The position numbers and the translations under genes are program-made. Below the pieces are notes generated by a model. That model worked only from the letters and a program-made list of their open reading frames with translations, was not told the origin of the DNA and made no database searches. Shown piece after piece: positions 1 through 61,582 of a DNA stretch of 64,000 nt. The DNA comes from Amoebidium appalachense (taxonomy: Eukaryota; Protista; Ichthyosporea). The stretch spans positions 12,671,728 through 12,735,727 of the forward strand of contig CAVNZM010000005.1 in NCBI GenBank assembly GCA_963693365.1, given 5' to 3'. Position 1 is the first letter of the stretch. Each line of letters starts with the position of its first letter.

Positions 1-16321
<16,321 letters not shown>

Positions 16322-16683
16322 CCCCCCTACCGGCATGCGCCACAGCAAGAGTCTATTCGGAACATCTGGGGGGATGCGCCGAACCAATAGCGGCAAGGGA
16401 ACTGTCGGTTTGGGGGGGATGGCACGGTCTGCAAGCACGCCCAACATTAACAATAACAGGAGGAGCTCTAATGGTGTGGAAGGGGGGTCCAAAGCGCGGG
16501 TCGCCAAATTCCACAGAATTCTTTGCAGTTGTCCACAAGCAGCGCTAGCAATACTAGTGCTGGCGTGTGATTTGTTTTTTGCATTTCCGGGTTGGGTCGT
16601 GGGGAAAAGATGACTTTTGTCTACAGAATTTGATGACACAGAGCTGGTGTGGCGGTGTTGGTGGAGGTCGTGTTGTTTGGGCT

Positions 16684-16796
<113 letters not shown>

Positions 16797-17818
16797 GGGG
16801 AGGGGGGGAGGGGAGGAGGGAGGGGGACTCCGAAGGATGCAGGATTCTCGTATGAGTAGCACAAGATATTTAGGTTCCGTTGCAGCTGTGCTGCCAGCAG
16901 TTACCCTACTGTACTTGGTTCATTTTTTCGTTATCAATTCATTCATTGCATACAATGCATACAGTGAAATTGTGTGTGTAAACATGCACTTAATAATATA
17001 TAAGCTTAAGCTTGGGTTTACGTTAGCACCACAAACAGACATGCACACGCACATGCATACAGCTCATGCATACCCACACACATACACACCAACACACATA
17101 CACACCCACACACCCACACACTCACCTACCCACCCATCCACCCACGCCCATCCACACAAGCGTGCGCGCGCGCGCGCCACACACACACACACACACACAC
17201 ACACGTGTACACGTGCACACACACACACACGTGTACATGTGCACACGAACTGCGGGGCTGCGCATGCGCATGCATCACACACATATGTCATACACACGCC
17301 CAATATACACAGAATAATACCAGCCTCACATATGCGCTACCCATAATTTATTTTGATAACACAATCCACCGCGGCCGGCCCGTGACCCTTTTTGCAATGT
17401 CTGTTCAATGATCAATACATGTCCGTCAGGCACTACCACCCAAAGATATTCAAACAAAATTATCTTGGCATTTAGACTTACACGAGATTGCTGACTAAGA
17501 TTCAAAAAGGGGAGTGGCCGGGCAGGTGGGACTAAGGAGCCGCAGAGGCGATGGTTATATATAACATACTGAGGTGGGCGTGCAGGGGTAGGGATGGCTA
17601 AGGGCTGTGTGTGAACGGTGTATGCATGCGCGCCTGACGGCCGTTAGGTTACACATCTGGCTGGGTTACATATTGCCGTTGAAGGGAATATAGACAGTGA
17701 ATTGGGTGGGTTTGCGGAGGAGAGGGGGGGGGGGGGGGGTGCGGGGGGGATAAGCCGAGGGGTAGTATGCATAAATGAGAGGATCGGGTTTGAGGGCTCA
17801 TATATATGCATGGAGAGG

Positions 17819-17850
<32 letters not shown>

Positions 17851-18423
17851 GGGGGGAGGGAGGAAGAAGGGGAGGATGAAGGCTTTGTGGTTCACAGCAA
17901 CACAGAACATTGATGCCACACAATTCGAAAATTTTAAGACTGAATACTCAAATAAAACAAACAAAAAAAAATAGGAATATGTTGGCCCAGGCTGCATAGT
18001 AGCTTTATCAAATTATTGAGTGATCACCACTCGATTGCATGTTTTTAGCGCCACCACATGAAAAACCCATTGGTCAGGCTCACATGCATATAGGAGATGG
18101 GTGGCCTTCAGGTGATACTGCACACATAGGGTTGGGAGTGATCACATACAGGGAGAGGAAGAGGGAAAGGGGGGGAGGGGGCGGGGACGGGAAGGGGAGG
18201 GGGAGGGGGGAGGGAGACAAAACTGCAGACAGAAGGAGAGTGTTTGTATGTGGCACTTTCCGATACCACAGGCATCCCATGGTTTCAATACAGATCGTTA
18301 CATTCCTTACGGCATTACAACACAACTAAAAATGCAATTGCACGATCAAAAGTAATATCACACATTCATTCATGCAGGTCCATTTGGCTCCAGGGGGATA
18401 GAGACGATGCTGGCCGCCACCAC

Positions 18424-22073
<3,650 letters not shown>

Positions 22074-22546
22074 GGTGGCGGTGGATGCAAGGGGGCACGA
22101 GTGCTAGGACGAAAAAGGTAGACAACACAACTTCGCACTTGAATTGGCAAAACGGACTCGGACGTCGACCACGGCCCTCTGCAGCTGAACACAGTTTAGT
22201 TGCAGGATGACGTCAAAAAATCAATGCCTTATAAGGCTACTATGAGCCACGTCCGATTGGCTTTTAGTGTAAAACCTCGGGAGTATCAGCTGAGTTAGGC
22301 CGGCGCCTCATGAGCACGCGTCGCACTCACAGCTCTGCAGTTGCACCGCAGCCGAGAACACGTTTAAAAAGCCTTGTCATCGAGTTGTCACGGCGTGCTT
22401 CTGGGGCGACCATCTTTTTGTAGTCCGTTCAGTCACCTACAAGCCACTTTCACAGCCACCGTTTTTGTTTGTGCAGCCCAGATCACTGTTTCCTTTTGTT
22501 GCCTTTCTGTAAAAGCAGTCAAAGAGAGTTATTCAGAGCCAGCAGC
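22074..22546. promoter_or_regulatory. Compact bidirectional promoter between the BAP31-like and POLDIP2-like genes
   Basis: 473 bp between divergent ATGs (22073 on -, 22547 on +), free of microsatellites, CpG-rich, with TGACGTCA at 22208-22215 and an inverted CCAAT (ATTGG at 22256-22260). Confidence 0.6.
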
Positions 22547-28579
<6,033 letters not shown>

Positions 28580-29080
28580 GGGTGATGTGCACAAGGTGAT
28601 ACATATGTGTGTGTGTGTGTGTGCGTGTGTAACAGGTACTTGCAAGCAGCACAAATAGCATGCACGTGTGAGCGCATACACATGTGCACTCACAGATACA
28701 CACAATATGGCACATATGCAGACACATGTTTGAACAGGCACAACAGTGCATGCGCAAGTGCACAGACACACATGCCCAGGTGCATGAAATCGTGCACGCA
28801 CTCACACACACAAATATCACAAGTAGGCGTTAACATACGCAGGCATGCTGCAAACACACACACACACATGCTCACTGACAAAATGCACAAATGCACGCAC
28901 AAACACGCTCAGACACGTTGTTTGTATATCTGGGATACCTGTTGTCCTACCTCGTGTCACCTTTTTGTTTGCCGCCAAGGTTTCCGATTCTTCACGTGCT
29001 GCATTTTTTTTACATAAAAGGAGAAAGGCTTGCAAGTTCTTAGGTGTCAGTTTTGTTTTCTTTTTTTTTAAAGATTTTTT

Positions 29081-29156
29081 GTATGGTTAAAATTTCCTTG
29101 TATTGGTTGAATTAGATATATATGGTTAAAATTTCCTTGTAGTGGTTGAATTAGAC
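29081..29156. repeat. Two-copy ~39-bp direct repeat
   Basis: tatggttaaaatttccttgta(t/g)tggttgaattaga occurs at ~29082 and ~29121. Confidence 0.8.
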
Positions 29157-29244
29157 ATTCCAAACCAACTCACACGCGTTGTCAATTGAGGGTTGCACCC
29201 AACACAAGCTTGTACGCCATAGACTCACTCACACACGCGCGCGT

Positions 29245-30637
<1,393 letters not shown>

Positions 30638-30878
30638 ACACACATACGTGTATACCAGACGGGGGGGGGGGGGGGGGAGGGGGGATCCCTATTAGATATT
30701 AATTGCAATGCCAATTAATATATGAACGCCAACTTACGCGCTAGCACCGCGAATTTCAACACGCTTCATGACTGGGGGTTCGTTTTTTGCGTTTTCCTCC
30801 TATCGACCAATTACAGAAATAACCTCTTCTCACTGTGGAAGAATTGTGGGGGTGGAGGTTGGGGGGTGTGGAGGGGGG

Positions 30879-30975
<97 letters not shown>

Positions 30976-31365
30976 GGGGGGTGGGGGGGGGTGGGGGGGG
31001 GGTGGGGAATGTGTGAAGGGGTGGGAGGACAGGAAGCAGGGGATAACCTAAATACTGCTGGCAGCTGCAAATTCGAATCGATCGGTGCCCATATGTTACC
31101 CGATATGCATCTTCGAATCGGTCTGACCTTTGATCAAAGGAAGGGTTTTCCTTTTTTTCCCTTTTTTTCAACGTTTGAAGTTTGTGGACAACGAAAAGCC
31201 TTGCGGATCATTTGAAAGGTGCAGACATATCTTTTCTTTTATTTTGTTTTAGGAAAGGTACTACACGTATATGCATAGTCACTACGTGAAACATTCTTTG
31301 AAATTCCCATTCACTAAAGCACACCTCACCACGCCTCCCTCCTCTTTCCACAACTAAAAACAGCC

Positions 31366-32688
31366 ATGGGCAACAGTCAGTCTTCAACCCAACCTGTGCC
31401 GCAGCTAGAAGAGATTATGCAAGCACTAGGCAGTGCCACAGCCCAGGATTTTGAGCATGTGTTTGGCCACACCTCCCACATGCCCATAGTTGGTGCATCG
31501 GAAGGGGAGACACAGGTTGATGGCAGAGAGAATGAAGTGGGGTTTGGAGCGCAGCTGCACGCATACGTGTGCAGTGTAAGCCCTACCGGGGTTGTGGATG
31601 CAAAGAGCCTGAGCAGTGCGCTACATTCACTCCTTTCAGACGACACGAAGACAACACACGAGGCTTTCTGGAGACTGCTTTTAAACGGACACAAAACATG
31701 GCATTGGGGTGTGCGCGTGTCGTACGAGTTGGCTGTAGTGGCATTCGGGCTCAACTATGTACCCCTGAGCGAAAGATCTATGCAGGCCGCTCTAGGAACA
31801 ACATCAACATCTGATCACACAAAGATGGCACGATACACAGGAACACACATGCCCTGGCTGTTTGCAGGGGCGCAACATTACATTGTTCAACGGTGTCGGT
31901 CCCTACAACCCTCCACATTGCCACCATGGCTAAAGGCACCCCCTTTTGCTGTGGGTGTGTTCGGTGGATCATCGAATGTTTTACTCCCAGCAGACACGTG
32001 GCTCCTTTCGTGCCTTCTTCCACCCATATACACGGGTAGAGAGACACATACACGTGCACAAGCGCCCGAGGAAGGATCTAGCACCTTCGTGTGGGAACTT
32101 CTTTACAACAGCACCGAGCACGGGTTAAGTCTCAATCGTCTTCGCCATCACGTGTTTGGCTACGCAGGTCCGACCTTCCTTTTGGTTGCAGACACACAGG
32201 GGAATGTGTGTGGTGCAGCGGTGGATGTAATCTGGGATGATGGGGGGGAGAGGTGGGGGGGCCAAGAGTGCCGGGTGTTCAATTTGCTTCCTGCTGTGAC
32301 GGTGGTGGCCCCACCAACACAACCTAAAAACACGGCACAGACAAAGGGGATAGGTGGAATGTATGTGAACGACAAGGGGAGGCATAACAGCCACGGGGTG
32401 GGGGCAGGGTGGGATGGACGCAGGCAGAGGCTGTGGTTGGACCAAGACCTGTCGAAGGGATGGGAGTGTGTGGGTGGTGGGGTGCAAAGGGACTTTGGGG
32501 TGCGTATGGTGGAGGTGTGGGGGTGTGGGGGGGAGAGGGCGGCACGTGACCAAGCACAGCACCGGGCGTGGAAGGAGGCGGAAAGGCAGAGAAGGGAAAA
32601 GAGCAAACGGCTGGAGGCGTGGGATGATGACCCTGATAAGGCCTTGCTGGAAATGGCAGGTGTGACCGTGAACCATGCACAGCAATAG
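31366..32688 (+). CDS. Single-exon TLDc-domain protein (MEAK7/Rtc5-like), 440 aa, predicted N-myristoylated
   Basis: Uninterrupted non-repetitive ORF; MGNSQS myristoylation consensus; TLDc motifs WELLYNSTEHGLSLNRLRHHVFGYAGPTFLLV, RLWLDQDL, VEVWGCGG; C-terminal WDDDPDKALLEMAG resembles the MEAK7-type tail. Confidence 0.9.
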   Translation: MGNSQSSTQPVPQLEEIMQALGSATAQDFEHVFGHTSHMPIVGASEGETQVDGRENEVGFGAQLHAYVCSVSPTGVVDAKSLSSALHSLLSDDTKTTHEAFWRLLLNGHKTWHWGVRVSYELAVVAFGLNYVPLSERSMQAALGTTSTSDHTKMARYTGTHMPWLFAGAQHYIVQRCRSLQPSTLPPWLKAPPFAVGVFGGSSNVLLPADTWLLSCLLPPIYTGRETHTRAQAPEEGSSTFVWELLYNSTEHGLSLNRLRHHVFGYAGPTFLLVADTQGNVCGAAVDVIWDDGGERWGGQECRVFNLLPAVTVVAPPTQPKNTAQTKGIGGMYVNDKGRHNSHGVGAGWDGRRQRLWLDQDLSKGWECVGGGVQRDFGVRMVEVWGCGGERAARDQAQHRAWKEAERQRREKSKRLEAWDDDPDKALLEMAGVTVNHAQQ

Positions 32689-33090
32689 GGCTTTGGGGAT
32701 TAAAGCAGCAGGAAAAAAGGACTTTCGATCAGGGGCAGGACCCCGAAAGTTTAGACTGCTTTAATATATACATGTGCTTTTAAAACTTACGAATGCAAGA
32801 GGGCAGATGTGAGATACCAATTCTGCTATCTATACTGGAGCATAAAATATACCAGAATTGCCCATGTGGCCATACATACATACATAGTAAGGGGCATGCC
32901 CGCAAATTTAAACGTGTGCGAAACCATATTGGACACCTGTAAAGGAGGGGCAAACGTGTACATGTGTGCTGGCGAAGCCAGGCTCCCCCCCCTCCTTCCC
33001 CCCCCCCCCCCCCCCCCCCTCCCCCCCTCGCCCCCCACCCTTCCCCCCCCCCTTCCCAACTGCCCTTTAGCTACAAAACAAACACAATAG

Positions 33091-33128
<38 letters not shown>

Positions 33129-33809
33129 AGCTCTAGAGCCTCCCAACCCGGCCTGGCCAAGCCCCGCTCCCCCGAGTCCCCCCCCCCCCCCCCCCCCTTT
33201 AGTCCCCCCCCACCTCCCCCCCCCCCCCCCCCCATGCACACACACAAATACCCTCCCTTCACCTACCTCGGCCCATACAAAACCACTCAAATTCATTTAT
33301 GCACTCCCCTTCACCACATAGCCTCCGTCCCCCCTCACCCACCGTGCACCTTAATCGAGTCCCCCCTCCTTCCCCCTCCCGGATCTCGAGATCTTTCCCG
33401 GCCAAACACACCCCCTCCTCTCCCCACCACCTCTCTTCTCTCCCCTCCTTCCCACCCCCAGTTGGCCCACCCAACCCCACCCGTTGGCCGGTCAGGCTGC
33501 TGGGGGTCCTCAAACCCCATCGGCTCCAGCCCCATCAGCCCTCCCTCCCCATCCTCCTCGTCATCAGATCTAGACCGGCTGCGCCCCACCCATCACACAG
33601 ACACGCGCACTAATTTTCGCCGGCGTGCGATGTCGCAGCTGCGACATAAGTCATCCCGCAACACTATATTGACGGATGTGAGGTGCCTGCGTGGGCAGGT
33701 GGGGGGAGAAGCACGTGTGTGTGTACGCGATGGTTTCAAAGGCCGGACACCGGGGCCGGTGGTTTTGACGGTGAGTGCCCTGCGCAGGCCAGACTCAGGA
33801 TCGGCGGTC

Positions 33810-36709
<2,900 letters not shown>

Positions 36710-38692
36710 CAGGTCAGCCCGCTCGCTTCTCACATTAACCAAATATGGTTATTTATATTTTAAACCAATCAAACGCTGCTACAAGTCGGCATTTTGTGGC
36801 TCACATAAACACTTGCTGATTGGACAAAGCCCGGTACATGGCCCTCTGAACTTCTGAAGTTCTGAGTTATTAGTCTCTTAGTCTTGTAACGTCCAGTCGG
36901 TGTACTGACGTAGAGTATTTAAATTTGTTAAGTGCCCATGGCTGGGTAAAATATAGGGTGCGGCTGTGTGAATACAGGCGAGCAGGACGCGGCTCTGAAT
37001 AACTTTATTGTCGACTCCCGGCAACGTTGCCATTACATTATTGTTATATCAATGCTTTACATTTTTTGGTCGTTTATCACGATCATATTCTCTCCGGCAC
37101 CGGCACGTGAACGTGCACAGGCCTCAGTGACTCAGTCAAGTCTCAAAAGTCTTCGTTTTCTGTTCCATTCAAGCTCTCTTTTTCATTTTCTTTTGCGCAC
37201 TTGTGGTGTATTATTAGCTCATACAGCGAACTTATTACTGTGTGTTGGTGCGCTAGTGTAGGTACGCCTTATAAGCACTGAGCCAGACAAGTCTTTGCAA
37301 GCAGTTGCACTTCATTGCATGTATTGTTGCTGGAACACAAATTTGCGGTTAGGTGGGTGCTTGGGTGTTCACATCGATGGGGTTCGCCTAATTTTCTCAC
37401 CTAGACCGGGTGCAAGTAATTTCATAGGGTATTCTCGTTGCGTTGTACGCTACTGTAGTGCTGTGCTGTGCATGTTCTTTTGCATTGAATTCATAGTTCT
37501 AATTATGTTCGGTGAGTAGGCGTTGTATTCGCTATAGCCCTGTCTACTTCAGTTACTATCTACACCCTGCACCATGGAGGAAAGAGGCAACCAGGTTGGT
37601 GCCTTGCTGCCTGGCAGAACCACAGCTACCCAAGGTACGTGTTGAGGCTTCTAGGGGAAGGGCAAACAGGTTTGGTTGCTTTCTGTGGGACATGAAAGAA
37701 ACTGGGTGAAGTGGATGGCTGGCTTTTCTAAAGCATTTCGATTACGTTTACACGTGGCTTTCTTCGCAGTATTGCTCGTTGCTTTGCATGTTTAGCTCAC
37801 CCTGAATAAGCGGTGAGAGTTAACGATTTCGTCTTCGTTAACGGTCTTAGTATTGTGTCAGCACTGAATTTGGGCACACCCTTCCCTCCCTCCCTCCCTC
37901 CCTCCCTCCCTTGCTCGCTCCTTCCTCCCTCCCTCCCTCCCTCCCTCCAACCATCCACTCATACTTCTCGCCCTTCTTCTCCCGTTCTCTTTCTTTCCCT
38001 CTCAAAGACCCTCTGATCTCTCTCCTGCCCTCCCTCTCTTGCCTTCTCCCCCTCTCCGCCTCTCTCCCCTCTCCCTATCCCTCCCCTAATGTCTATTTCT
38101 TTCTATCTCTCCTTCCGTTTTCCTCTCATCTCAGTCCCTTTTCTAACCCATTCTCCCTTCCCCTTCCCTCCCCCCTCACACCCTGCTCGCTCACTCGGGT
38201 CTCGCTCCCTCTCTCTGCCTCTTTTTCCACGCACGCACGCACGCACACAAACCACACAAGCACACATATATATTCACCCCTCGCTCCCTCCCCTCCCCCT
38301 CCCCCTCCCCCCTCTCTTTGCTTCTCTCGTTTCACCCCGCCTCCCATCCTCCTCCCCCATCCCCCCTCTCGTTGCTTCTCTCTCTTATTTTTTCCTTCCT
38401 TTGTCCCTTTCTTGTCTCCGTCTGCCTTCCCCCCTCCCTCTTCCTCTCTTACTAGGTTTTTTTGGCCTGTTGACTGTCTTCCCTCCCCCCCCCCCCCCCC
38501 CCCCCACCCCCTCTCTCCTCTCCCCCTCCCTCCCCTCCCCCCCGCTTCCACACACACACACACGTGCGCGCGCTCACCGGTGCCCTGATGGGTCTTCTGA
38601 ATATATCAAACCCCCATGCATACTCTTTGTGTGCTTTTCAGAATCTGTATACAGTCGTCTGCCGTGTATGTGTACTTCGTACTCTGTAATGA

Positions 38693-38727
<35 letters not shown>

Positions 38728-39091
38728 CTCCCCTACCCCCTCCCCCCGCCCACGGCACCGGGCGCTATACTTCGCCGTAGACATAGTTTTGATTTCATCG
38801 GCTTCCCCTTGTTTTCGTCTGAACAATACATAAGAATGCAGCAGGAATCTTGTTTGTGCATTGCCACATAGTTATCTCTGCACAAAAACACCAACAGATC
38901 CCTCTCTTTTCCCCCCCCGCCCCCTCTCTCCGTTCTCTCAGCACTAGGCATACACGAAAGGTGCTTATGAAACCAAATTCACGTGGTGGGCGATGCATGC
39001 TTGTATGAAAACACACAAATGTGCACACGGACACACATACAAAAGCACACGCAGGCGAGCATACACACACACACACTTACACACACACGCA

Positions 39092-39152
<61 letters not shown>

Positions 39153-39388
39153 GCGCGCGCACACACAATATGGCGATACATCTTGGCCTAAGTTTCCTGC
39201 TTGCACGCTGTCCACAAACCTGTGTGTCTCGCGTGCACGTGCAGGAAAGCGCACACCCACAATGCTCAAACATACACACCCCTGCATCCACGTCCCCCCC
39301 AACATGGGGGGAAATATTCACACCATAGAGACGTATGCACACAAGTACACGTGCGGGCACACAGGTGCGCGCGCACGTACGCGCGCGT

Positions 39389-39462
<74 letters not shown>

Positions 39463-39654
39463 GCACGCTTGCATGCATACCACCCACATACCCACACACT
39501 GACAATCTCCTCCCACATATTTATTCACCACCCACGCAATCACACCAGCCCATTCTACAGGCAAAATGGCACACCCACGTGTGCATGGGGTATCGATGGC
39601 TCTGCGGCTACAAATTTGGGTGTATGAACGGGTGAACGATGGAGGGGATCTACG

Positions 39655-40380
39655 AGTTTAAGGGTGTGTGGTTACGAGGTTATGGGTGTGGGGTTTAAGG
39701 GTGTGTGGTTACGAGGTTATGGGTGTGGGGTTTAAGGGTGTGTGGTTACGAGGTTATGGGTGTGGGGTTTAAGGTGTGGGGTTACGAGGTTATGGGTGTG
39801 GGGTTTAAGGTGTGGGGTTACGAGGTTATTGGTGTGGGGTGGGGTTACGAGGTAAAGGGTGTGGGGTTTAAGGGTGTGGGGTTAGACGCATCTACGGGTT
39901 TAAGGGTGTGGGGTTTAAGGGTGTGGGGTTATGAGATTAAGGGTGTGGGGTTATGAGATTAAGGGTGTGGGGTTTAAGGGTGTGGGGTTATGAGATTAAG
40001 GGTGTGGGGTTTAAGGGTGTGGGGTTATGAGATTAAGGGTTTCTACGGGGTTAAGGGTGCGGGTCTAAGGGTGTGGGGGTTACGAGGTTAAGGTTGTGGG
40101 GTCTAAGGGTGGGGGGGGGGTTTACGAGGTTAAGGGTGTGGGGTTAAGAGTGTGGGGGGTTTTGAGGTTAAGGGCGTGGGGCCTAAGGTTGTGGAATTGT
40201 GGGGTTATGAGGTTTAGGGTGTGGGGCCTAAGGTTGCGGGGTTACGAGGTTAAGGTTGCGGGGTTCCGAGGTTAAGGTTGCGGGGTTACGAGGTTAAGGT
40301 TGCGGGGCTACGAGGTTAAGGTTGCGGGGCTACGAGGTTAAGGTTGCGGGGTTACGAGGTTAAGGGTGTGGGTGTGGTTA
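39655..40380. repeat. G-rich telomere-like compound minisatellite
   Basis: Built from TTAAGGGTGTGGGG and TTACGAGG sub-motifs arranged as ~37-bp units at the left and 22-bp units (gaggttaaggttgcggggttac) at the right. Confidence 0.85.
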
Positions 40381-40515
40381 GGAGCATCTACAAATTAAAC
40401 GACTATGGGGGGGGGGGGGGGGGGGGAGGGGGGGGCGGGGCTGAGTGAGAGAGAGAGGGGGGGGGGGGGGGGGGAGGGAGGGTGTGTGTGTATATATGTG
40501 TGCATGTGTGCGCGC

Positions 40516-40590
40516 ACGCATAAAGAGAGCAGCATGGGAAAGACTGTCCTCCCCACGCATAAAGAGAGCAGCATGGGAAAGACTGTCCTC
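40516..40590. repeat. Two-copy 39-bp direct repeat
   Basis: acgcataaagagagcagcatgggaaagactgtcctc at ~40516 and ~40555. Confidence 0.8.
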
Positions 40591-40800
40591 CTCTATGGCA
40601 ATAATACCCACACACAGGTTATGTCCGTAATGGTGCGCACAGGCACACAACCATGCTGTTGGGAGAAGTCGAAGAGGAGAGACAGAGCCGTATACGTATA
40701 TCAATACACATTTGTCGATTTGGCCACGTGCACACGATGTAGTGCGGTTCTGTAATAGGTCGCCGTGGCCCATCCTTGTCATAGCGAATGTTCATGGCGT

Positions 40801-40837
<37 letters not shown>

Positions 40838-41200
40838 ACATTTAATTCATCACGTCTCAGGCTTTATGTTTAATTTATGTACTAAGCACCCTATTCAGCA
40901 ACGTATTCACTCGGAGTTAATGATATCGATTCTCACTTTGTACCTCCTCCACCATGCAGCCGCAACTGTACACCAATTAACTAATGGGCAACCCCCCCCC
41001 CCCCCCCCCCCATCCATCCATTCATATCCTAAATATTTACTTCAACCCTTCAGTGCCCAATCATTCTACATGTCTGCAGCAGAGTTCACGTATCGAATAA
41101 CGTTCTTCTCGATAAATATAGGGTGTTTTCGTTTGTTGTGTTGTGCGTCCTTCGTTCCAAATTCAAAAAAATAAAAGTTCTAAATGTGAATTCAGTCAAG

Positions 41201-50465
<9,265 letters not shown>

Positions 50466-51809
50466 GCTGACTTTATGATACTAGAATACTAGGACAAAAA
50501 ATAAATTTGTCGTTAGACAACTAAACAATAAAGGTATTTTTTTAGTGTATGCTAAAGCTATTTATTCAAAAGCGTGCTTGCGTTTTTAGCGCATATCCCT
50601 AGTTGCGTGTGTATGGTTTATGTTACATAACTATATTACTAAGTATATTTGGTCAAAGAGGTAAAGGGCGGCTTGGCAAGCGCTGTCTGAGAAAAAACAC
50701 AAGCATTTCCAAGAGAGCAGAAATATATACTGTGCAAAAATAAAAATGATTGGATACGGAATCATCAGGTAAAACAATATGTGACAAATGTCCAATCAAC
50801 CGGACGATGAGAGTTCACGTGTGCATCACCTGATGAAAGACAACCCGGACACCTGTTTCATGAGGACCAGGATGCAAAAACCCTTATTATTAACACTCAA
50901 AAGTTTAGAGAGCATATGTTTATGATAAGTAAACATGCCATCATAGTTGAAAATTCTGGGTGTTGTGAATTTTTATGGAGTTTGTGACCAATAAAAACAA
51001 TCCTGGGTAAGTTATGCATTCACCGTTTCATAAAAATGGAAAGCGGATTGTCCACTACAAGGCACCTTACATATATTTAAGCTGTAATTTTAGCCTAAGT
51101 GTAGTTGAGTAAATTTATAATTGTTGTTTAGTTCTGACAACCATTCAACATGATCGAAGCCTGAGTAGCTTTATTCACGGTCTGAGCACGTGCTTATCAG
51201 TTGCCGATTGCGTGATGGTTCTAAAAGCGTTTCCAGGGTTGGGCTGGGGTTGACCAGCCTAACCGTATGGCCCTTGGGCCAATCGTAACGGACTATTTCT
51301 TAATCGTAGTGGGGGGGTTCTTGTGGAGCGTTCAGCTACGTCAAAAACGCCCCTCCAGTCAAAAATTCCAAAATGCGCATTTTTACAAATTAAGTATTGC
51401 AGGATTACAGGCCCTGAACACTGGTCGGGGTTCGATATTGCACAGCAAGAGAGCTGCAGATAGGTTCTTGAACAGAAATATTGAAAAAATAGGCAAGATT
51501 AGATAGTCGAGGATATTTTACGCTAAACACCTGATACGAAAGCTGTTACGACGGCACCCCAACCTTATTCGTATCGGGGTCTCTCGTTAATCGTAATTAC
51601 GACGATTTTCGTTCGTAATCCCTACCCTGAGCGTTTCCACGATCTGATTAGCTGCGCGTCATGAATATTTTGCGCAAACACAAAACGAGCACTGATTGGC
51701 TAACATTGATGACGTAGATCGTTCGCACATGCACCGCAACTTCAACACGCGAGCGTTCCTTGTCTCCGGCACACTCACGCGTACTCTTTTGCTATTCTCA
51801 GTTGCGAGC

Positions 51810-51844
<35 letters not shown>

Positions 51845-51903
51845 CTTCTCAGTTATACAATAGGAAAAGAGTAGTAGTAATTAAGTAGAATTGTGGGGTT
51901 AAA
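50466..51903. promoter_or_regulatory. Divergent intergenic/promoter region between CerS and the CYHR1-like gene
   Basis: 1.44 kb between divergent ATGs, lacking (CA)n and poly-C/G; ATTGG boxes near 50749 and 51695, CACGTG near 50816 and 51187, TGACGT near 51710, T-run 51811-51841. Confidence 0.5.
51234..51629. mobile_element. Non-autonomous hAT-type DNA transposon (MITE), 396 bp
   Basis: Termini CAGGGTTGGG ... CCCTACCCTG (9/10 inverted match) flanked by a perfect 8-bp direct repeat AGCGTTTC (51226-51233 and 51630-51637); subterminal TCGTA/TACGA motifs; no transposase ORF. Confidence 0.8.
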
Positions 51904-60334
<8,431 letters not shown>

Positions 60335-60949
60335 CTCACGTGCTGTGAGCACGTGTATAGTATTATGTGCATGTCGTGTGTGCCCGTATTTTTTGTGACT
60401 GTGGCCTATAATTTAGGAGGTAGGATGGAGGGTGTATGAGATATGTTTGTGTGTGTGTGTGCTGTTTTGCCGTGGTCTGCGTGATGTGTGAATGTGTGTG
60501 TGTTTTTGTCAGATGATGGCAACATGACGTGCATACATTCACAAGGGTTGAGGACATATCTGGGCGCCGGGCTGTCGTGTATGTAAAGTGCCTTGGTGAG
60601 GTTGTTTCGAGTGTTAATATAGTGTTTGAATCTTGTGGTGTGTGTTGAAAATATCACACTGAAATATTAAGCTTTAAGTTTAAATAAGTTCTGAGCATGT
60701 TTGAAGGGCTTATTGATATCTTAGATACAGTATTCTCTATGCGGGGTGTAAGTAAATTATTAGTGGCTGGTCCACTTGTAATATGGAAATCGGGGCTATG
60801 ATGTAAGAGTTCGTAAATAAAAAAACAGTTAATAATGTCTACACTGTGGTCTCATTTCCAATTGACCTGCACTGGTCATGTGGGGGAAAATGGGGTTCCG
60901 AAAGATGGAGGGTTTTGGGGTGCCCGGCCGCGGGGGGAGGAGGAGGGGT

Positions 60950-60980
<31 letters not shown>

Positions 60981-61582
60981 GGGGGGGGGGGATTACTGTG
61001 TACATACATCATCTGAAGTCCTAAAAGGATCCTGGCTCAGCTGCGTGCGCAGTCAACGATTGAGATGGCTATACCATGGTGCTGTGACCATGCTCGTCGG
61101 GAATTTTTCATGAAGCTGATATGATGTCGCTGTGTAAGTGTATATATATTTAGATATTGGTTTTAGCCAAGGGATGGCATGTTTGGTCCGTTGCAACTGG
61201 GACATGTTGTACAAGGCTTTCCTCTCCCCCCCCCCCCCCCCCCCACCGCGCGCCCGGGGCTGCGAATTCTGGAAAGCCCCATCTGAAGACAAAATTCGAT
61301 CTCAATCGTACATGGAGTCCGACTTTTGAACAAACCCTCAGAGGCCGATCCGATTCGATTCAAAAGCGATTAATGAAACGTTTAAACCTTGCACCCAGTT
61401 TGCGCCCGCCTGCCTGAGCCACTGTTGGCATTTTCACGACCCCAGATGTAAGCTCACCTGCACTCAATAGGTACTAGCGTAGCAGAGCTCCATGAACCTA
61501 ACCCTCAGCACGCCACCGCCCTCCATCACTCTAGTGTTTATCCCACTAGTTCAGACACACCCACACAGACGGCACAAGCAAC

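Noticed and set aside
17418-17645. Short inverted repeat CCGTCAGGC/GCCTGACGG resembling the CAGG-type ends
   Set aside because: Only 9 bp perfect and no TSD.
36900-37870. Repeat-poor island suspected to be a transposase relic
   Set aside because: Frames checked by hand contain stops and no DDE or zinc-finger motif was recognised; needs tBLASTx.
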